In this document: positions 13,987 through 28,591 of the stretch, piece by piece
Layout: each line of letters opens with the position of its first letter
How positions within the stretch are numbered: position 1 is the first letter of the stretch
Source of the DNA: Eledone cirrhosa
Taxonomy: Eukaryota
Assembly: GCA_964016885.1 (NCBI GenBank)
Contig: OZ024757.1
Location: 12,710,001-12,774,000, forward strand
DNA: 64,000 bases
Reading direction: 5' to 3'
Notes under the pieces: generated by a model
What the model saw: only the letters and a program-made list of their open reading frames with translations
The model's database searches: none
What the model was told of the DNA's origin: nothing
Translations under genes and position numbers: made by a program

Positions 13987-15122
13987 ACTCAGAAAAATGG
14001 CCTTGCTCAGTGTGCTAGTAAGGTGTAGGTAGAAATTCCATTCTCTGTCCAAAATACAAACAATGGGTACATAAGAGATGTAGTGGGATCTCAGGTAGGT
14101 TAGCTAAGAATATAGGTTTTACATGTGGCCATTGCACAGGAGCAGTAAGCAGCAAACATTCACAGGAAGTAACGATTGACTTTTGTCAAATTGGACCAAG
14201 GAAACAATGTTTCCATTGGTCTTTCCAATTGCTAATACTATCTATCAGTTACAACTCCAGGTAGAAGGAGCAATGTGAAATAAAATGTCTTGCTCAAGGA
14301 CATAACGCATCACCCGGTCGGTGAATCGAACTCACAACCTCACGATTGCGAATCCAATTCTCTACCCACTCAGCCACACGCCTTCACAGGAAACAAGCTC
14401 TAACAAACTGTTGGAGGGTCACATAGAAGAGGTAGACAGCTTCTGTTACCTGGGTGATGATATCATCAGTGGAGGGGGGGGGTTCTGAAAGTAGAGCAGC
14501 CTGAGTGAACATGGAATGGAAAAGGTTCAGGATGCTACTACCACTGCAACTTACTAAAGGCTTTTTCCTCAAAACAAAGGGTAGGTTGAATAATGCATGT
14601 ATACGAACAGTTAAACACACACACATATATATATATATTTATATAATTGTGTGTATATATATATATATAAATATATATATATATACATTAAGACAATGTC
14701 ACTGGACCGAGATCTTTGACGCTACTCAGTAATACAGAAGAACCGCCTTGCCTATGTACAAAACGAAACATACAGTCACTAGGCACCTCTTAACCAAATA
14801 TACACCCCCTTTCTTTGTAAAGTTATGTTGGTAACACAACATCCAGTCCTAAATAAATGAGGTCGTGTAGGTGTCACGACAAAAGAACACACAGTCCACG
14901 CTGTAATGTGGCCGTGTAGGTAACATGGTAAAAACCTCCCAGTCTACACTGTAAATGTGGTTGGTGTTAGGAAGGATATCCAGCCATAGAAAACCTACCA
15001 TCTAGTCCTATACAAGTGAGTCATGGTCACCCAAACAATATTGCCTCAAGTAGGAAAATTCCTATCTAAACCCATGCTAGCGTCCAAGATAGACATTAAA
15101 CGATGATGATGATGATGATGAC
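13987..15122 (+). mobile_element. RTE lineage B 3' fragments interrupted by a SINE and a microsatellite
   Basis: Cys-cluster region, 3'UTR and (TGA)n tail at ~15100-15121. Confidence 0.75.
14170..14385 (-). mobile_element. tRNA-derived SINE
   Basis: Reverse match to 10488-10700; A/B boxes at the right end. Confidence 0.8.
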
Positions 15123-15174
15123 AAGCAATATATATAATCTAAGTAGAATGGTATAATGAAAGCATATAATGTAG

Positions 15175-16170
15175 GTACAGCAGTATTCTCATAAATTGCT
15201 ACAAAGGTAAAGGGGATGCTCTAGAGAGGAGCAATTATAGGGGCATAAAGCTGATGGATCAGGTTATGAAATGGCAGAGAGAATATTAGCGCAGCTGATT
15301 AGAGAAAAGGTCAATTTAGATGAGATGCAGTTTGGTTGTGTGCCTGGAAAAAGTACAACAGAAGCCCTCTTCTTAGTGAGGTAACTACAAGAGAGGTTCT
15401 TAGAGAAGAATAAGTCACTAAACTTAGCTTTTGTTGACCTAGAGAGGGCCTTTGATAGGGTAACCTGATCTGTCATCTGGTGGTCCCTAAGGAAACTAGG
15501 TGTAGAGGAATGGCTTGTGAGCACAGTACAAGCTATGTACAGGTGTGCTGTCAGTAAAGTGAGGGTAGGAATGGAGTTTAGTGAGGAATTCCAGATACAA
15601 GTATGTGTACATCAAGGTTCGGTCCTCAGCCCAATCTTGTTCATTATAGTCCTCCAAGCCATAACAGAGGAGTTTAAGACTGGATGCCCATGGGAACTTC
15701 TCTATGCTGATGATCTGGTTCTTATAGCAGAATCAGTAGAGGGGTTAGAGAATAAATTCTGGCTATGGAAACAGCAGTTGGAATCAAGAGGCATGAGTGT
15801 GAACATAGCTTAAACAAAAGTGTTGATGAGTAGAAAAGAGGACAAAACTATGATTCCATCAGGGAAATGGCCATGTTCGATATGTGGGAAAGGAACTGGC
15901 ATAAATTCCACAAAATGTACGCAATGCAGATGTTTGGGTACACAAGAGATGTAGTGGGATAGCAGGCAAACCAACAGGTAGGGATAACTATGTATGCAGT
16001 AGATGTACAGGGAAAGTTGGAAGTAGTAATCACAGTGATAAACACATTTTTCAAATACAGGTGGGTTCTGGAGATGTGGTTGATAACTTCCGGTACCTAG
16101 GTGATCAGATTAGCATGGGAGGGGGGTGTTCCGAGGCCATAGGATCTAGAATAAGGACGGGTTGGAAGTA
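15175..16170 (+). mobile_element. RTE lineage A RT fragment
   Basis: ORF 15517..15813 with QGSVLSP and YADD. Confidence 0.9.
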
Positions 16171-16521
16171 GTTTAGTGAGAATTCTGGCTAGATATGGCC
16201 AGTTTAAATGCTAAAGGGTTAAAGACAAGTGACAGGCATGGAAAGACTGGAAAAATAGGGGCGTCAGACCAGGACCAGGTAGCTAAGAGAGAAGCTAGAA
16301 GACAGGTATACATAACACAGAGAGAGGCTGAAAAAAGAAAGTTTGCCAATGTCTTGAGACATGAGGATCAGAGGTGTGAAGTGTTCCACATTGCAAGACA
16401 GGGAAAGGTGTGTTAGAAATGACACTGGTACACTTAGCACCACTGATGCTTAAAAGAAAGAGGCCTAGAAATGTTACTATGAGAGATTGATGAATGTAGA
16501 GAATAAATTAAGAAGCAATCT

Positions 16522-18600
16522 TAGACTTTTGTTTTATGTTCATTGTTCAACACACACACACATATAATTGACATTCTCTTTGGAATTACTGATGAAAATT
16601 GTTAGTGACACAACTACAAGAGAAGATCCTAGATCTAGAAAAGGCCTTTGACAGAGTACCCTACTCTATTATCTGGTGGTCCTTCAGAAAATTAGGTGGA
16701 GAATGGCTTGTGAGAGCAGTGCAAGCCATGTACAGAGGAGCTGTCAGTAAAGTGAGAGTAGGAAGGGAGTTTAGTGAAGAATTCAATGTACAGGTAGGTG
16801 TTCATCATGGTTCAGTTCACAACCCACTGCTGTTCGGCATAGTTCTCCAGGCCATAACTAATGGGTTTAAGACTGGCTGTTCACGGGAAACAGTCTAATG
16901 TGAATGATCTGGTCCTATAGGTGAATCCATAAACGAACTAGAGAATAAGTGACCCTACTACATATGTAGGAAAGAAGTAGGCATAAACTGTACACAATGA
17001 TAGCTTCTGCTAACTAGGTAACCTAATTAGCAGCGGAGGAGGGTGCTTCGTAAGAGAGGATAGGATTGAAGTTTGGAGCTACCTCCACTGCTGGCAAATA
17101 CAGGTTTCTCCCTATGTACAGAGATGTTGGCTGTACAATGCTTTTGTGTAAAGTGCAATACTGCATGGAAGTGAAACATGGGCAGTAACTGCAGAAGACA
17201 TGCATAAGCTGGAGAGAAATGGAGCAACCATGCTTCGTTGGGTGTGCAACGTAAATGTGAGAGGAAGGCAGAGCTTGGATAAAATGAGGCAGAAATTGGT
17301 AATCACTGGTTAAAGAAGTGCCACGGAAAACCAGAGAAGGGAAGCCATACTAGAGGGAGACCAGGGTAGATGTGGTGAGAGCTGATCTCAAATTGCTGAG
17401 ACTCACAGATGACGAAGGAACATGCGAGTGGGGATATGTTGTGCTTAAAAGGACCCATCCAACAAATGCAAGGATTGAAAAACGGACGTAAAACTATGAT
17501 GATGATGTAGATGAAGTAAATTATATCAAAATAGATTTAGACTAAAACGAACAAAACTTCCCTGAAACAACAACAAGGTACAGCTAAATATAAACTATAT
17601 TTTATAATGTAAGGTAGTGAACCACATAATTAAATAGACGGAGGTAATTTAGATAATAAAGATATCTTTAATTTACTTAAAGCAATAACAAGGTACAGCT
17701 AAATATAAACTATATTTTATAATGTAAGGTAGTGAACAAGATAATTAAATAGACGGAGGTAACTTAAATAATAAAGACAGTCATGATAACAATATATTTT
17801 ATATCACATGTAACAGTGGAATCTGGTTAATTACTGGATCGTTGTAGGGTTCACATAATTATATTATTTACACACATTAATATAGGCATTAAGTAAATTT
17901 TTGTCAACTTACCTCCTTCACATATAATCAATGTATTGTGTTGTTAGTTGTTACTAAACAACCAAAGAAATAATCTCTTTGTTATCAAATTAGAAGTTTC
18001 AATGTTATCAGCTTTATTTCACGACATTAACGTTGGTGTATCTTCTTCATCTTTAGTCATAAATTGATATCTTGTCAGAATGAAGTAGTGAGGCTGACTT
18101 TATGTCTTTAGCTACAGATTTGATAGGAAATATATATATATATTAGGTTGATATGTGGTCTAAAATATATATATTGTCTATAAATGACTGATAGCAGATG
18201 TTCTGGTGAAATAGTAGTTTTACTACTACAGATTGTAATGGAACTCTTAGTAGACACAATTGTAAAGTTAGAATAGATATGACAGTGTAAGACTGATGTC
18301 GGGGAATTAAAATTATGTATATATATATAATTGTTACACCATATATAATTAGATTAATTAAAGTTATAATGAAGACAGCAGGTACTCGGTGTCGTTGAGA
18401 ATGTTTCAACTCTCTTAACGGTATCATTAGTTAAAAGTCCCTGATATAATTTAATACCTTCAGACACAGTTCCAATCGTATTTAATTGATGGTAAATCAG
18501 AAAGTATCACTCAGTAAAATATCAATTATATATCATTAAGAAAACCTCTACGTAGTCTCTCTAACTGCTAGAAATAGCAGTGATATTATCCATTACAGCT
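16522..18600. repeat. Segmental duplication block X, copy 2 (includes putative 5'UTR exon 17913-18111, minus strand)
   Basis: Colinear with 5716-7690; donor acttacct at 17907-17914. Confidence 0.9.
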
Positions 18601-18754
18601 TAGTTTTTTGTTTAAAATCTCCAGAGTTTAGTTATACAATCAACAGCAAATCTTTTGTACAGACTTCGGAATAAACTGGGAGACCGTCAGAATATCATTC
18701 TCCCTCACTCTCTATATATATATATATAATATATATATATGTATGTATCTTCAA

Positions 18755-19238
18755 TATCATCACCGTTTTACATCCATTCTTCCACGCTAGCATGGGTTAG
18801 GCGGGCTGTCCTGTTGTGGGCAATGCCAGGTCAGGTGATCTTGCCTTGCTCATACAGGAACTTATCTTGGCTGATTTCTACAGCTGGAAGCCCTTCCTGA
18901 CACCAACCCCATTTACAGTGAGTTCTGGGTGATTCTTTACTGTGGCACCTACATGACCACTTTACAGTGTGGGCTGGATGTTTTTTATTGTGACACCTCC
19001 ACGACCAGTTTCCAGTAGGAGTGAATGGGGGCATATTGTCTATATGTTTCAGCTTTGGCTTGTTCACGTGCGAATTCAGGTCGTCTGTATTACTGGTGAC
19101 CCCAGAGGTCACGGTCCTGTATCATCACCTTTGAGAGGTTCAATTGGGCAAGGTTGACTTTTATCACCTCATCCCATGTCTTCTTCGTTCTCCCCACTCT
19201 GCAGCTTCCGTCAACTTTTAGTGCTCTGCACATTTTTA

Positions 19239-19276
<38 letters not shown>

Positions 19277-20740
19277 ATATATACATGTATATTCATATAT
19301 TATATACATCAACACAGTTTAAATTCCATTTTACATGCTAGCATGTGTCAGACGAGTTGTCCTGTTGTGTGAAAACTTAGATCAAATAACCGTGTCTTAC
19401 TCATGCAAGAACCATTTCTAGTTGGTTTCTACGGCTGGATGCGCTTCCTAACTCCAACCATATTTACAGGGTGGACTTGGCATTTATTGTTGTGTTGCTA
19501 ACATGTCCAACCTACAGGGTGGACTGGGTGCTTATTGTTGTGTCACCATCATGACAACCACCAGCTCACAGAGCAAACTTCGTGCTCTTTGTCATGTGAC
19601 CAATTTGACTACTTTGAAGGGTGGTTCGAGTGTCTTCAGTCTTGCCACTAGCATGACCACTTTACTGAGTGGGCAAGGGGCCTCCTGTCATGTCTACCTC
19701 ACAGGGTGGACTGGGTGCTTATTTGTCATGTCACCAGCATGACTACCTTGCAGGGAGGGTTAGATGCTCTTTTGTCATATTACCGAACAGAGAGGACTTA
19801 CAGGGTTGCCTGAGGGTTTGTTGCCATTTCAGCAGCATTGGAGGAGAGCATGTTAAGCTTTCCATACTTGTATACATGGGTTGGTCAAGAGAGGTGTATC
19901 AGATGTGAAAGTGGGGGTGGGGTTGTGTGTATGTAGGGTGGGAATTGGAGAGGTAGGTCAGGGTGGGGTACCTAGCTGGTAAGGGGGTGGAGTGTTAAGA
20001 TGTGGGGTGGAAGAAAATTGGAGCATACTTCAAACCACTAAATGTTGCTTCATCCCGTGCACATGGCAATGCAGGTCTCCTGCACTACTGTACAACGCCA
20101 GAGATTTCAATCATGTGTCATCACCTTTGAGAGGTAAAATGATGTCAGATCAGTTTTTACCTCCTCATCCCAAGCTTTCCTAGGGCTTCTTCTTCCATCA
20201 ATTTCAAGCAGTCAACCTTTTATACAACATCTCTACCTTCATACACATCACATGTCCATACCACAGCAATCTACACTCCTGCATACTGTATCATATCCCT
20301 CTCATGCCCAAGTTCTTTCTCAGTTTATTTACACTTTGCTCTTCATGTATATTAATATTACACATCCATTGGAGAATTCAAGCTTCATTTCTATCCAATT
20401 TTCTGAGGTCCTCACTGCAATGCAGCATTGCTGCTCATATGCAGACATCAATTTGATGAAACAACCTTTTGTAGCTAGCAACAGTAGTAGCACCCTAAAC
20501 CTTTGCCATTTTGTTCTTACTCTGGTTTCTGTACTTTCAGTACACCTACCTCCACTGCTAATTTAGTCACCCTGGTAACAGAAACTGTCAACTGTTTCTA
20601 TGGATCCCTTTAAATATTTGATAGAATTTGTCTCCCAAAAGTGTTGCTTCTTACTGCTCCAGTGCAATGACCCCATGTAAAACCTACTTTCTTAGCTAAC
20701 TCACCTTGTATCCCACTAAATCTCTTCTGTACCCATAGTC
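18755..20740 (-). mobile_element. Two RTE lineage B 3' portions; the second has an expanded ~45-bp UTR repeat (~19460-19830)
   Basis: Tails at ~18755 and ~19310; degenerate acagggtggactgggtgc repeats. Confidence 0.7.
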
Positions 20741-22039
20741 TCTTTAGTGTAAATAATTGTTTCTACTTTTGGCACAAGGCCAGCAATTAACCAGTGTATT
20801 ACTGGTACTTTATTTTAGTACTCTCTTTAATGTAAATGTTTCATACACATAACATGTATGTGTGACCATTGGTTTCCAAGTCCACATATGGCCACCACTG
20901 TTTATTGGGGGAGGCACTTCCTAACAGACCCTTCGTTTAGGCATGCTGACAAATATATTAAAAGGAAGTTTTACCTTCCAACAATTTTCACCCCAAACAG
21001 AGGAGAGTTTCATTTTGTCAAAAAGGGAGGTAAATCTTTAGTTGTAGAATTGTCAGGCTTAATTATATGTCATTAGACACACATAGAAGTGGTTGATAGC
21101 TTTTGCAATCTATGTGACTTAATTAGAAGTGGAGGGGGCTGCTCCTAAAGACGAATAACTAGAATAAGGATAGGATGGAAAAAGTTTAGAGAGCTACTGC
21201 AACAGTTGACCACAAAAGGTTTCTCTCTCTGTACAAAAGGACAACTGTTTGACACATGTGGGTGATGTGCAATGATGTATGGTAACGAAACAAGAGCTGT
21301 GACTGCAGGGGATATGTAGACTGGAGAGAAATGAAACAACCATGTTTTGTAGGATATGTTATGTAAGTGTCAGAGAAAGGAAGAGTTTGAACAAGTTCAA
21401 GAAGAAGCTGGGTTTAAGAGTGATCTGAAGTGGTGTGTAAGAGAGAAGACTGTGTTTGTACAGACATGTGATGAACATGGATAATGACCACTGGGTGATG
21501 AAGTGCCAGGAAATCCCAGTAGAAGCCATAGTAGAGGTAGACCAATAAAGACCTGGACAGAGTCTGTATGAACTGACTTCAAATAACTGACTCTCACAGA
21601 GGAGATGACAAAGGAACATGAGAAGTTGAAAGATGCCATGTTGAGAAGGACCTGTCCAAACAAGTAAGCATGGAAAAACAGACATAAAACAGTGATGATG
21701 TTGATGAAGATGACGTACATATACACACATACATACACAAATAAATCAAATACAGATATACACATACGTATATACAAACACAGGTACAAACATATACATG
21801 GACACAAATTTCTACACACATAAATTCACATATATATAGCGTATGTCAATTCTGAACAATACAGTTTTGTCAGCACAAGTCTTGGTTACAACTTCTACAA
21901 ATAAAATGAAAGGAGAATTTCTTAGTAAAACAGTTTTATTCAAAATATTAACAACATTGGTGGCACTATTTTAGGTGAGTGACATGGTTTTTATCATGTC
22001 TGATTGTGTTTGTGTTGCATCAAGTAACCTTTACAAGTG

Positions 22040-22690
22040 AATTATTTATCACAGACACCACAGTGATATGGTTCCTCTCCTGTATGTGTTAGTGTGTAGG
22101 GAAGCCACAACATTTAGAGAATGATTTACCACAGACATCACAGTGATATGGTTCCTTTTCTGTAAATGTTAGTACCGAGTGAAGCCACAACATTTAGAGA
22201 ATGATTTAACACAGATATCACAGTGATATGGTTCCTTTTCTGTAAATGTTAGTGCCGAGTGAAGTGACTTATTTCAGAGAATGATTTCCCACAGATATCA
22301 CAGTGGCATAGTTCCTCTCCTGTATATGTTAGTGTCTAGTGAAGCCACATTTAGAGAAGGATTTACCACAGACATCACAGTGATATGGTTCCTCTCCTGT
22401 ATGTATATGTTGGTGTGTAGTGAGGTCACAACATTTAGAGAATGATTTACCAATTATATCAAAGTGAAATGGCTTCCCAGCTGTATGTATATGTTTATGT
22501 GTAGTTAATGTAACAGTCAAAGAGAATGATTTCCCTCAGATGTCAAAATGATATGTATTGTATTCTCATTAATTTACAAATTTGAGAGAATGATTTATCA
22601 CAGATGTCAATGCGTTATGATTTCTCTTCTGCATGTATGAGTTTGTGAGTAGTTAGGCTACTTTTCCCAGAGAATGATATACCACAGATA
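22040..22690 (-). repeat. Degenerate zinc-finger repeats downstream of the stop codon (3'UTR)
   Basis: Finger-like repeats with indels; ORF 22329..22520. Confidence 0.8.
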
Positions 22691-24418
22691 TCACTTCTCT
22701 CCTGTATGGGTACGACTGTGGTTAGATAATTGACTACTTCGAGAGAATGATTTACCACAGATATCACAGTGATATGGCTTGTCTCCTGTATGTGTACGTT
22801 TGTGATTAGTTAATGTATTACTGTTAGAGAATGATTTACCACAGATATCACAGTGGTATGGCTTGTCTCCTGTATGTGTACGTTTATGTGTAATTAGGTT
22901 ACTACCTGCAGAGAATGATATACCACAGATATCACAGTGATATGGCTTCTCTCCTGTATGTATACGATTGTGGTTAGATAAGTTACTACTTTGAGAGAAT
23001 GATTTACCACAGATATCACAGTGATATGGCTTGTCTACTATATGTATATGTTTGTGTCTAGTTAAGGTACTACTTTGAGAGAATGATTTACCACAGATAT
23101 CACAGAGGTATGGCTTCACTCCTGTATGTATACGTTTGTGGCTACTTAAGCTGCTACTTTCAGCGAATGAAATACCACAGATCTCACAGCGATATGGTTT
23201 GTCTCCTGTATGTATACGTTTGTGTCTAGTTAAGTGACTACTTTGAGAGAATGATTTACCACAGATATCACAGTGGTATGGCTTGTCTCCTGTATGTTTA
23301 CGTTTGTGGCTAGTTAGGTCACCACTTTTAGAGAATGATTTACCACAGATGTCACAGTGGTATGGCTTGTCTCCTGTATGTATACGTTTGTGTATAGTTA
23401 AGGTACCACCTTTATAGAATGATTTACCACAGATGTCACAGTGATATGGCGTCTCGCCTGTATGTATACGTTTGTGAGTAATTAAGCCACTACTAACAGA
23501 GAATGATTTACCACAGATATCACAGTGATATGGCATCTCGCCTGTATGCGTACGTTTGTGACTAGTTAATGTACAATTATTAGAGAATGATTTACCACAT
23601 ATATCACAGTGATATGGCTTCTCTCCTGTATGGGTACGTTTGTGGGTAGTTAAGTGAATATTGTGAGAGAATGATTTACCACAGATATCACAGTGGTATG
23701 GCTTGTCTCCTGTATGTATACGTTTGTGGCTAGTTAAGTTACTATTTACAGAGAATGATTTACCACAGATATCACAGGGATATAGCTTGTCTCCTGTATG
23801 GGTACGTTTGTGAGAAGTTAAGTAACTACTTTCAGGGAATGATTTACCACAGATGTCACAGTGGTATGGCTTGACTCCTGTATGGTTACGTTTGTGCATA
23901 ATTAAGTTACCACTTCCAGAGAATGATTTACCACAGATATCGCAGTGATATGGTTTCTCACCTGTATGGGTACGTATGTGAGAATTTAAGCTACTTCTAT
24001 CAGAGAATGATTTACCACAGATATCACAGTGATATGGCTTGTCTCCTGTATGAATACGTTTGTGGCTAGTTAAGGTACCACTTTGAGAGAATGATTTACT
24101 ACAAATATCCCAGTGATATGGCTTCTCTCCTGTATGTGTACGTTTGTGAATAATTAAGGTACCACTTTGAGAGAATGATTTACCACAGATATCGCAGTTA
24201 TATGGTTTCTCACCTGTATGGGTACGTTTGTGAGAAAGTAAGCTACAACTATCAGAGCATGATTTACCACAGATATCACATTGATATGGCTTCTCTCCTC
24301 TATGTATACGTTTGTGAATAATTAAGGTACTACTTCTATTGACTGATTTACCACAGATATCACAGTGATATGGCTTAATTTCTCTAACCTTTGTCATTGT
24401 ACCAATAATACTAAACAT
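22691..24418 (-). CDS. C2H2 zinc-finger protein, 20 tandem fingers (finger 4 has Cys->Trp), no recognisable KRAB/SCAN/BTB domain
   Basis: Uninterrupted [26 protein letters not shown]/DKP repeats; first in-frame ATG is 24418 (the ORF-track start 24442 is GTG); acceptor at 24785-24786; AATAAA at 21935-21940. Confidence 0.9.
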   Translation of the reverse strand: MFSIIGTMTKVREIKPYHCDICGKSVNRSSTLIIHKRIHRGEKPYQCDICGKSCSDSCSLLSHKRTHTGEKPYNCDICGKSFSQSGTLIIHKRTHTGEKPYHWDICSKSFSQSGTLTSHKRIHTGDKPYHCDICGKSFSDRSSLNSHIRTHTGEKPYHCDICGKSFSGSGNLIMHKRNHTGVKPYHCDICGKSFPESSYLTSHKRTHTGDKLYPCDICGKSFSVNSNLTSHKRIHTGDKPYHCDICGKSFSHNIHLTTHKRTHTGEKPYHCDICGKSFSNNCTLTSHKRTHTGEMPYHCDICGKSFSVSSGLITHKRIHTGETPYHCDICGKSFYKGGTLTIHKRIHTGDKPYHCDICGKSFSKSGDLTSHKRKHTGDKPYHCDICGKSFSQSSHLTRHKRIHTGDKPYRCEICGISFAESSSLSSHKRIHTGVKPYLCDICGKSFSQSSTLTRHKHIHIVDKPYHCDICGKSFSQSSNLSNHNRIHTGEKPYHCDICGISFSAGSNLITHKRTHTGDKPYHCDICGKSFSNSNTLTNHKRTHTGDKPYHCDICGKSFSRSSQLSNHSRTHTGEK

Positions 24419-25149
24419 TTGTTTCACATTCAATCTCCACACTCAGTTTATTTTGCATAATGATTTTTTCTTCAACAGAATATACACATTTTTTTCTTGT
24501 AATATTCCATATATTATATTCCTAAAAAATATATCTTCTATATTTCCCTCAACTGTGATTTGAGTTAACATCTGAAGATAATACAAACTTATGTTTCATC
24601 CAAGTTTAGTTAAAATACAAAAACATCACATAGGGAGGAAAATAATAAGTAATTCAATGACAGATTTATATAAACAGCGTTATATAAGTTCTGTTAAGAA
24701 GGTTTTAGTCTTCAAATGATGATAAATAGAGGTGATGTGTATCCAAGATTGAAAATAATAATTTATCCCAATGTCATCTGATATCTGAAATAAGAAATAA
24801 ACAGTATGAGATAATACAGAATACTTAAGAAGCAGAGATAGATTTAACAGTGGAAATTTTATATTTCTATATTGGTAAACTGTAGATATCAACTTTCCTG
24901 TTCAAAGCAATTCTCTCCAATGTAAGCAGTGGTATTCCAGCATGCTCTATAAATTTTATCCTTGTATCACATCGGAGGTTTGCTCTATGGCAGTTTAGCA
25001 AAAAAATTCATTCTGATAGGACTTATAAGAAAGAAACTGTGAGATAATAGAGAATACTTAAAATACAGAGATAGATTTAACAGTGGAAATTTTACACCTG
25101 TAACGTATTTCCCAGCGTCGAAGACGTTACTTTTTCCTTAATATACTAA

Positions 25150-25450
25150 TATACACTATATATGTTGTCCAAGGGAAAGACAATGGCTGATACAGCTTGG
25201 TACCAGTGACATCACAACATATATATACACTATATATACACTGTGTACAATATATATTATACACTATATATGTTGTCCAAGGCAAAGACAATGGCTGATA
25301 CAGCTTGGTACCAGTGACATCACAACATATATATATACACTATATATATATATATATACACTGTGTAAAATATATATTATACACTATATATGTTGTCCAA
25401 GAGAAAGGCAATGGCTGACACAGCTTGGCACCAGTGACATCACAACATAG
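25150..25450. repeat. Three tandem copies of a ~106-120 bp unit
   Basis: tgttgtccaag..gacaatggctgatacagcttggtaccagtgacatcacaacata repeated. Confidence 0.9.
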
Positions 25451-25879
25451 TTATATATAACTTATATCCAAGACATCCATAGATTATTTCTATTCTACAG
25501 CTATCTTTCTTCCCCAATTTCAAAATGTTCTGTTTACATTATTATTATCATTCACTTGTTCCACAACATATATACTTCGACCTTGTTTTTGATATAAACC
25601 ATGTTGGACATTGTCTCTTTCTCTACAAACTCACCCCTAACCCTCACCATTACCCCCCCCCCTTCTCCCACTCATTCATTTCGGTGATTATGAAGCTAGA
25701 TGACCATCTTCAAAATTCTTGCATATTTGCCTTGTCTAATATGGCTACTTATATCTGCTTATTCCCCCCTCCTCGAATCTCCTGTGATGATGGCTACCTA
25801 TCTCACAATTTCCCTCTCGCCCACCCCCACTCACTACCAATTGGCTATTCGACCAATCAAATCACAGCAACATGTCCTT

Positions 25880-26500
25880 ACCCATTACCAGCCCCAACAA
25901 ACTCTGCCATTACTACTACTGTCCTTCTAGCCCTTACCAGCCCCAACAAACTCTGCCATTACTACTACTGTCGTTCTAGCCCTTACCAGCCCCAACAAAC
26001 TCTGCCATTACTACTACTGTCCTTGTAGCCCTTACCAGCCCCAACAAACTCTGCCATTGCTACTACTGTCCTTGTAGCCCTTACCAGCCCCAACAAACTC
26101 TGCCATTGCTACTACTGTCCTTGTAGCCCTTACCAGCCCCAACAAACTCTGCCATTGCTACTACTGTCGTTCTAGCCCTTACCAGCCCCAACAAACTCTG
26201 CCACTACTACTACTGTCCTTCTAGCCCCAACAAACTCTGCCACTACTACTACTGTCCTTCTAGCCCTTACCAGCCCCAACAAACTCTGCCATTACTACTG
26301 TCGTTCTAGCCCTTACCAGCCCCAACAAACTCTGCCACTACTACTACTGTCCTTCTAGCCCCAGCAAACTCTGCCACTACTACTACTGTCCTTCTAGCCC
26401 TTACCAGCCCCAACAAACTCTGACATTACTACTACTGTCCTTCTAGCCCTTACCAGCCCCAACAAACTCTGCCATTACTACTACTGTCCTTCTAGCCCTG
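25880..26500. repeat. 49-bp minisatellite, ~13 copies
   Basis: ccttaccagccccaacaaactctgccattactactactgtccttctagc; copies start at 25932 and 25981. Confidence 0.95.
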
Positions 26501-26689
26501 CACCAAAAAATTCTTGTTTACCCTTATCTATGGCGGAGCGAAGGATAAATGGAATCAACCCCAAATAAATAAATGAATATGAATCCGTGAGTTACTAAGC
26601 ACGCATGCTAAGTTTTAATTCACAAACAGGAAGCATACACACTCCACTGCAAAAATTCACCTTTTCCCACGAATGATGGCAAATGTCCA

Positions 26690-27130
26690 AAACTCTGAGT
26701 TGGAACCATCAACGTAAGCACAATGAATGGAAGGGCAGGAGAAATTGTAGAAATGTAAGAGTGAAAGGAAATTGATGTATGCTGTGTGTAAGAGATTAGG
26801 TGGAGAGGAGAGTTCGCTAGAGTCCTTGTAGGCAAAAGTCAGTGCTATAAATTTTTCTGAGTGGGAAAATAACAACGGGATGGGTGGTGTAGGTATACCA
26901 TTAGATGACAAATGGGTAGATAAAGCAATCTCAGTGTACAGGGTGAACGCATGAATAATTAAACTCAGACTAGTCCTGAATAAAACAATTGTCACAATAA
27001 TATCATCTTACGAACACCAATCGGAGTTGCCAGACGAACTTAAGAATAAGTATTACGAGTCCTTAATGCACACTACTGCCATAACAAACGACAATGACTT
27101 CATAATCATTGCAGGCGACTTTAACCATGA
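26690..27130 (+). mobile_element. Degraded RTE APE endonuclease fragment
   Basis: Homologous to 56130-56550 (GGVGI...KW and AGDFN motifs). Confidence 0.65.
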
Positions 27131-27169
27131 CAGCTTTAACCACTAGTTACCAATGAGGACCATTGCCAG

Positions 27170-27539
27170 TCACGGTAGCCACTTGGTAATACACTGCACA
27201 CCTCCCGTCAATCTATGAAGGGTTTGTAGTAGATTAGAGCAAAACACAATCAGTAAAACAGTAATCAAATGAAAAATAAAAACATTTGTTCATAATTAAA
27301 GCCTTAAGATGTCCCTTCCTTACGATATACACTTTAATAACATTGAAAATTATTTAATAAGTTTAAAATTTAAACACTTTTTAATCAGACATACCGCGAT
27401 AAGAAAATAGATATGTTCTAACGAATAATCCACGATGTGGCGAGGATTACCGCGATAGGAAATTAGATACGTTCCAAAGAAATATCCGCGATGTAACGGG
27501 ACCGCGAAAAGTGAACCGCGATATAGCGGGGGATTACTG
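27170..27539. mobile_element. pogo/Tigger-like DNA transposon end (single TIR)
   Basis: Reverse complement reads TA|cagtaatcccccgctatatcgcggttcac with repeated ccgcga subterminal words; left boundary uncertain. Confidence 0.55.
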
Positions 27540-27669
27540 TATATATACACACACACAACATACATCTATCTATATATCACTCATAACATTTATTTCGATG
27601 TTTGACATTAAAATGCTGACTGAGGGTGTGACAACTGTTTCTTGTTTGAGGTTGTTCCAGTGGTTGAAA

Positions 27670-28558
27670 TATAGACGGAGGTAATTTAAATAATAAAGAG
27701 AATCATGATAACAATATATTTTATATCACATGTAACAGTGGAATCTGGTTAATTACTGGGTCGTTGTAGGGGTCACATAATTATATTATTTACACACATT
27801 AATATAGACATTAAGTAAATCTTTGTCAACTTACCTCATTCACATATAATCAATGTGTTGTGTTGTTAGGTTTTACGAAACAACCAAAGAAACAATCTCT
27901 TTGTTATCAAATTAGATGTTTCAAAGATGTTATCAGCTTTATTTCACGACATTAACTTCATCTTTAGTCATAAATTGATATCTTGTCAGAATGAAGTAGT
28001 GAGGCTGACTCTATGTCTTTAGCTCCAGATTTGATAGGAAATATATATATATTAGGTTGATATGTGGTCTAAAATATATATATTGTCTATAAATGACTGA
28101 TAGCAGATGTTCTGGTGAAATAGTAGTTTTACTACTACAGATTGTAATGGAACTCTTAGTAGACACAATTGTAAAGTAAGAATAGATATGACAGTGTAAG
28201 ACTGATGTCGGGGAATTAAAATTGTCTGTATATATATATATAATTGTTACACAAGATGTAATTAGATTAATTAAAGTTATAATTGTTTCTACTTTTGGCA
28301 CAAGCCAGCAAATTAATTAAAGTTATAATGAAGACAGCAGGTACTAGGTGTCGTTGGAAATGTTTCAACTCACTTCCGGGTGTCATGCGTTAAAAGTACC
28401 TGATATCATTTAACACCTTCAGACACAGTTCCAATCGTTTTTAATTTATTGTAAATCAGAAAGTATCACTCAATAAAATATCAATTATATATCAATAAGA
28501 AAACCTCTAGGTAGTCTCACTGACTGCTAGAAATAGCAGCGATATTATCCATTACAAC
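27670..28558. repeat. Segmental duplication block X, copy 3 (partial; putative 5'UTR exon ending at donor 27829-27836)
   Basis: Colinear with ~6850-7690. Confidence 0.85.
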
Positions 28559-28560
28559 TG

Positions 28561-28591
<31 letters not shown>

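Noticed and set aside
25880-26500. Regular repeats (also 50168-50622 and the 84-bp ZNF repeats) as CRISPR-like arrays
   Set aside because: No unique spacers or cas genes; these are minisatellites or coding finger repeats in a eukaryote
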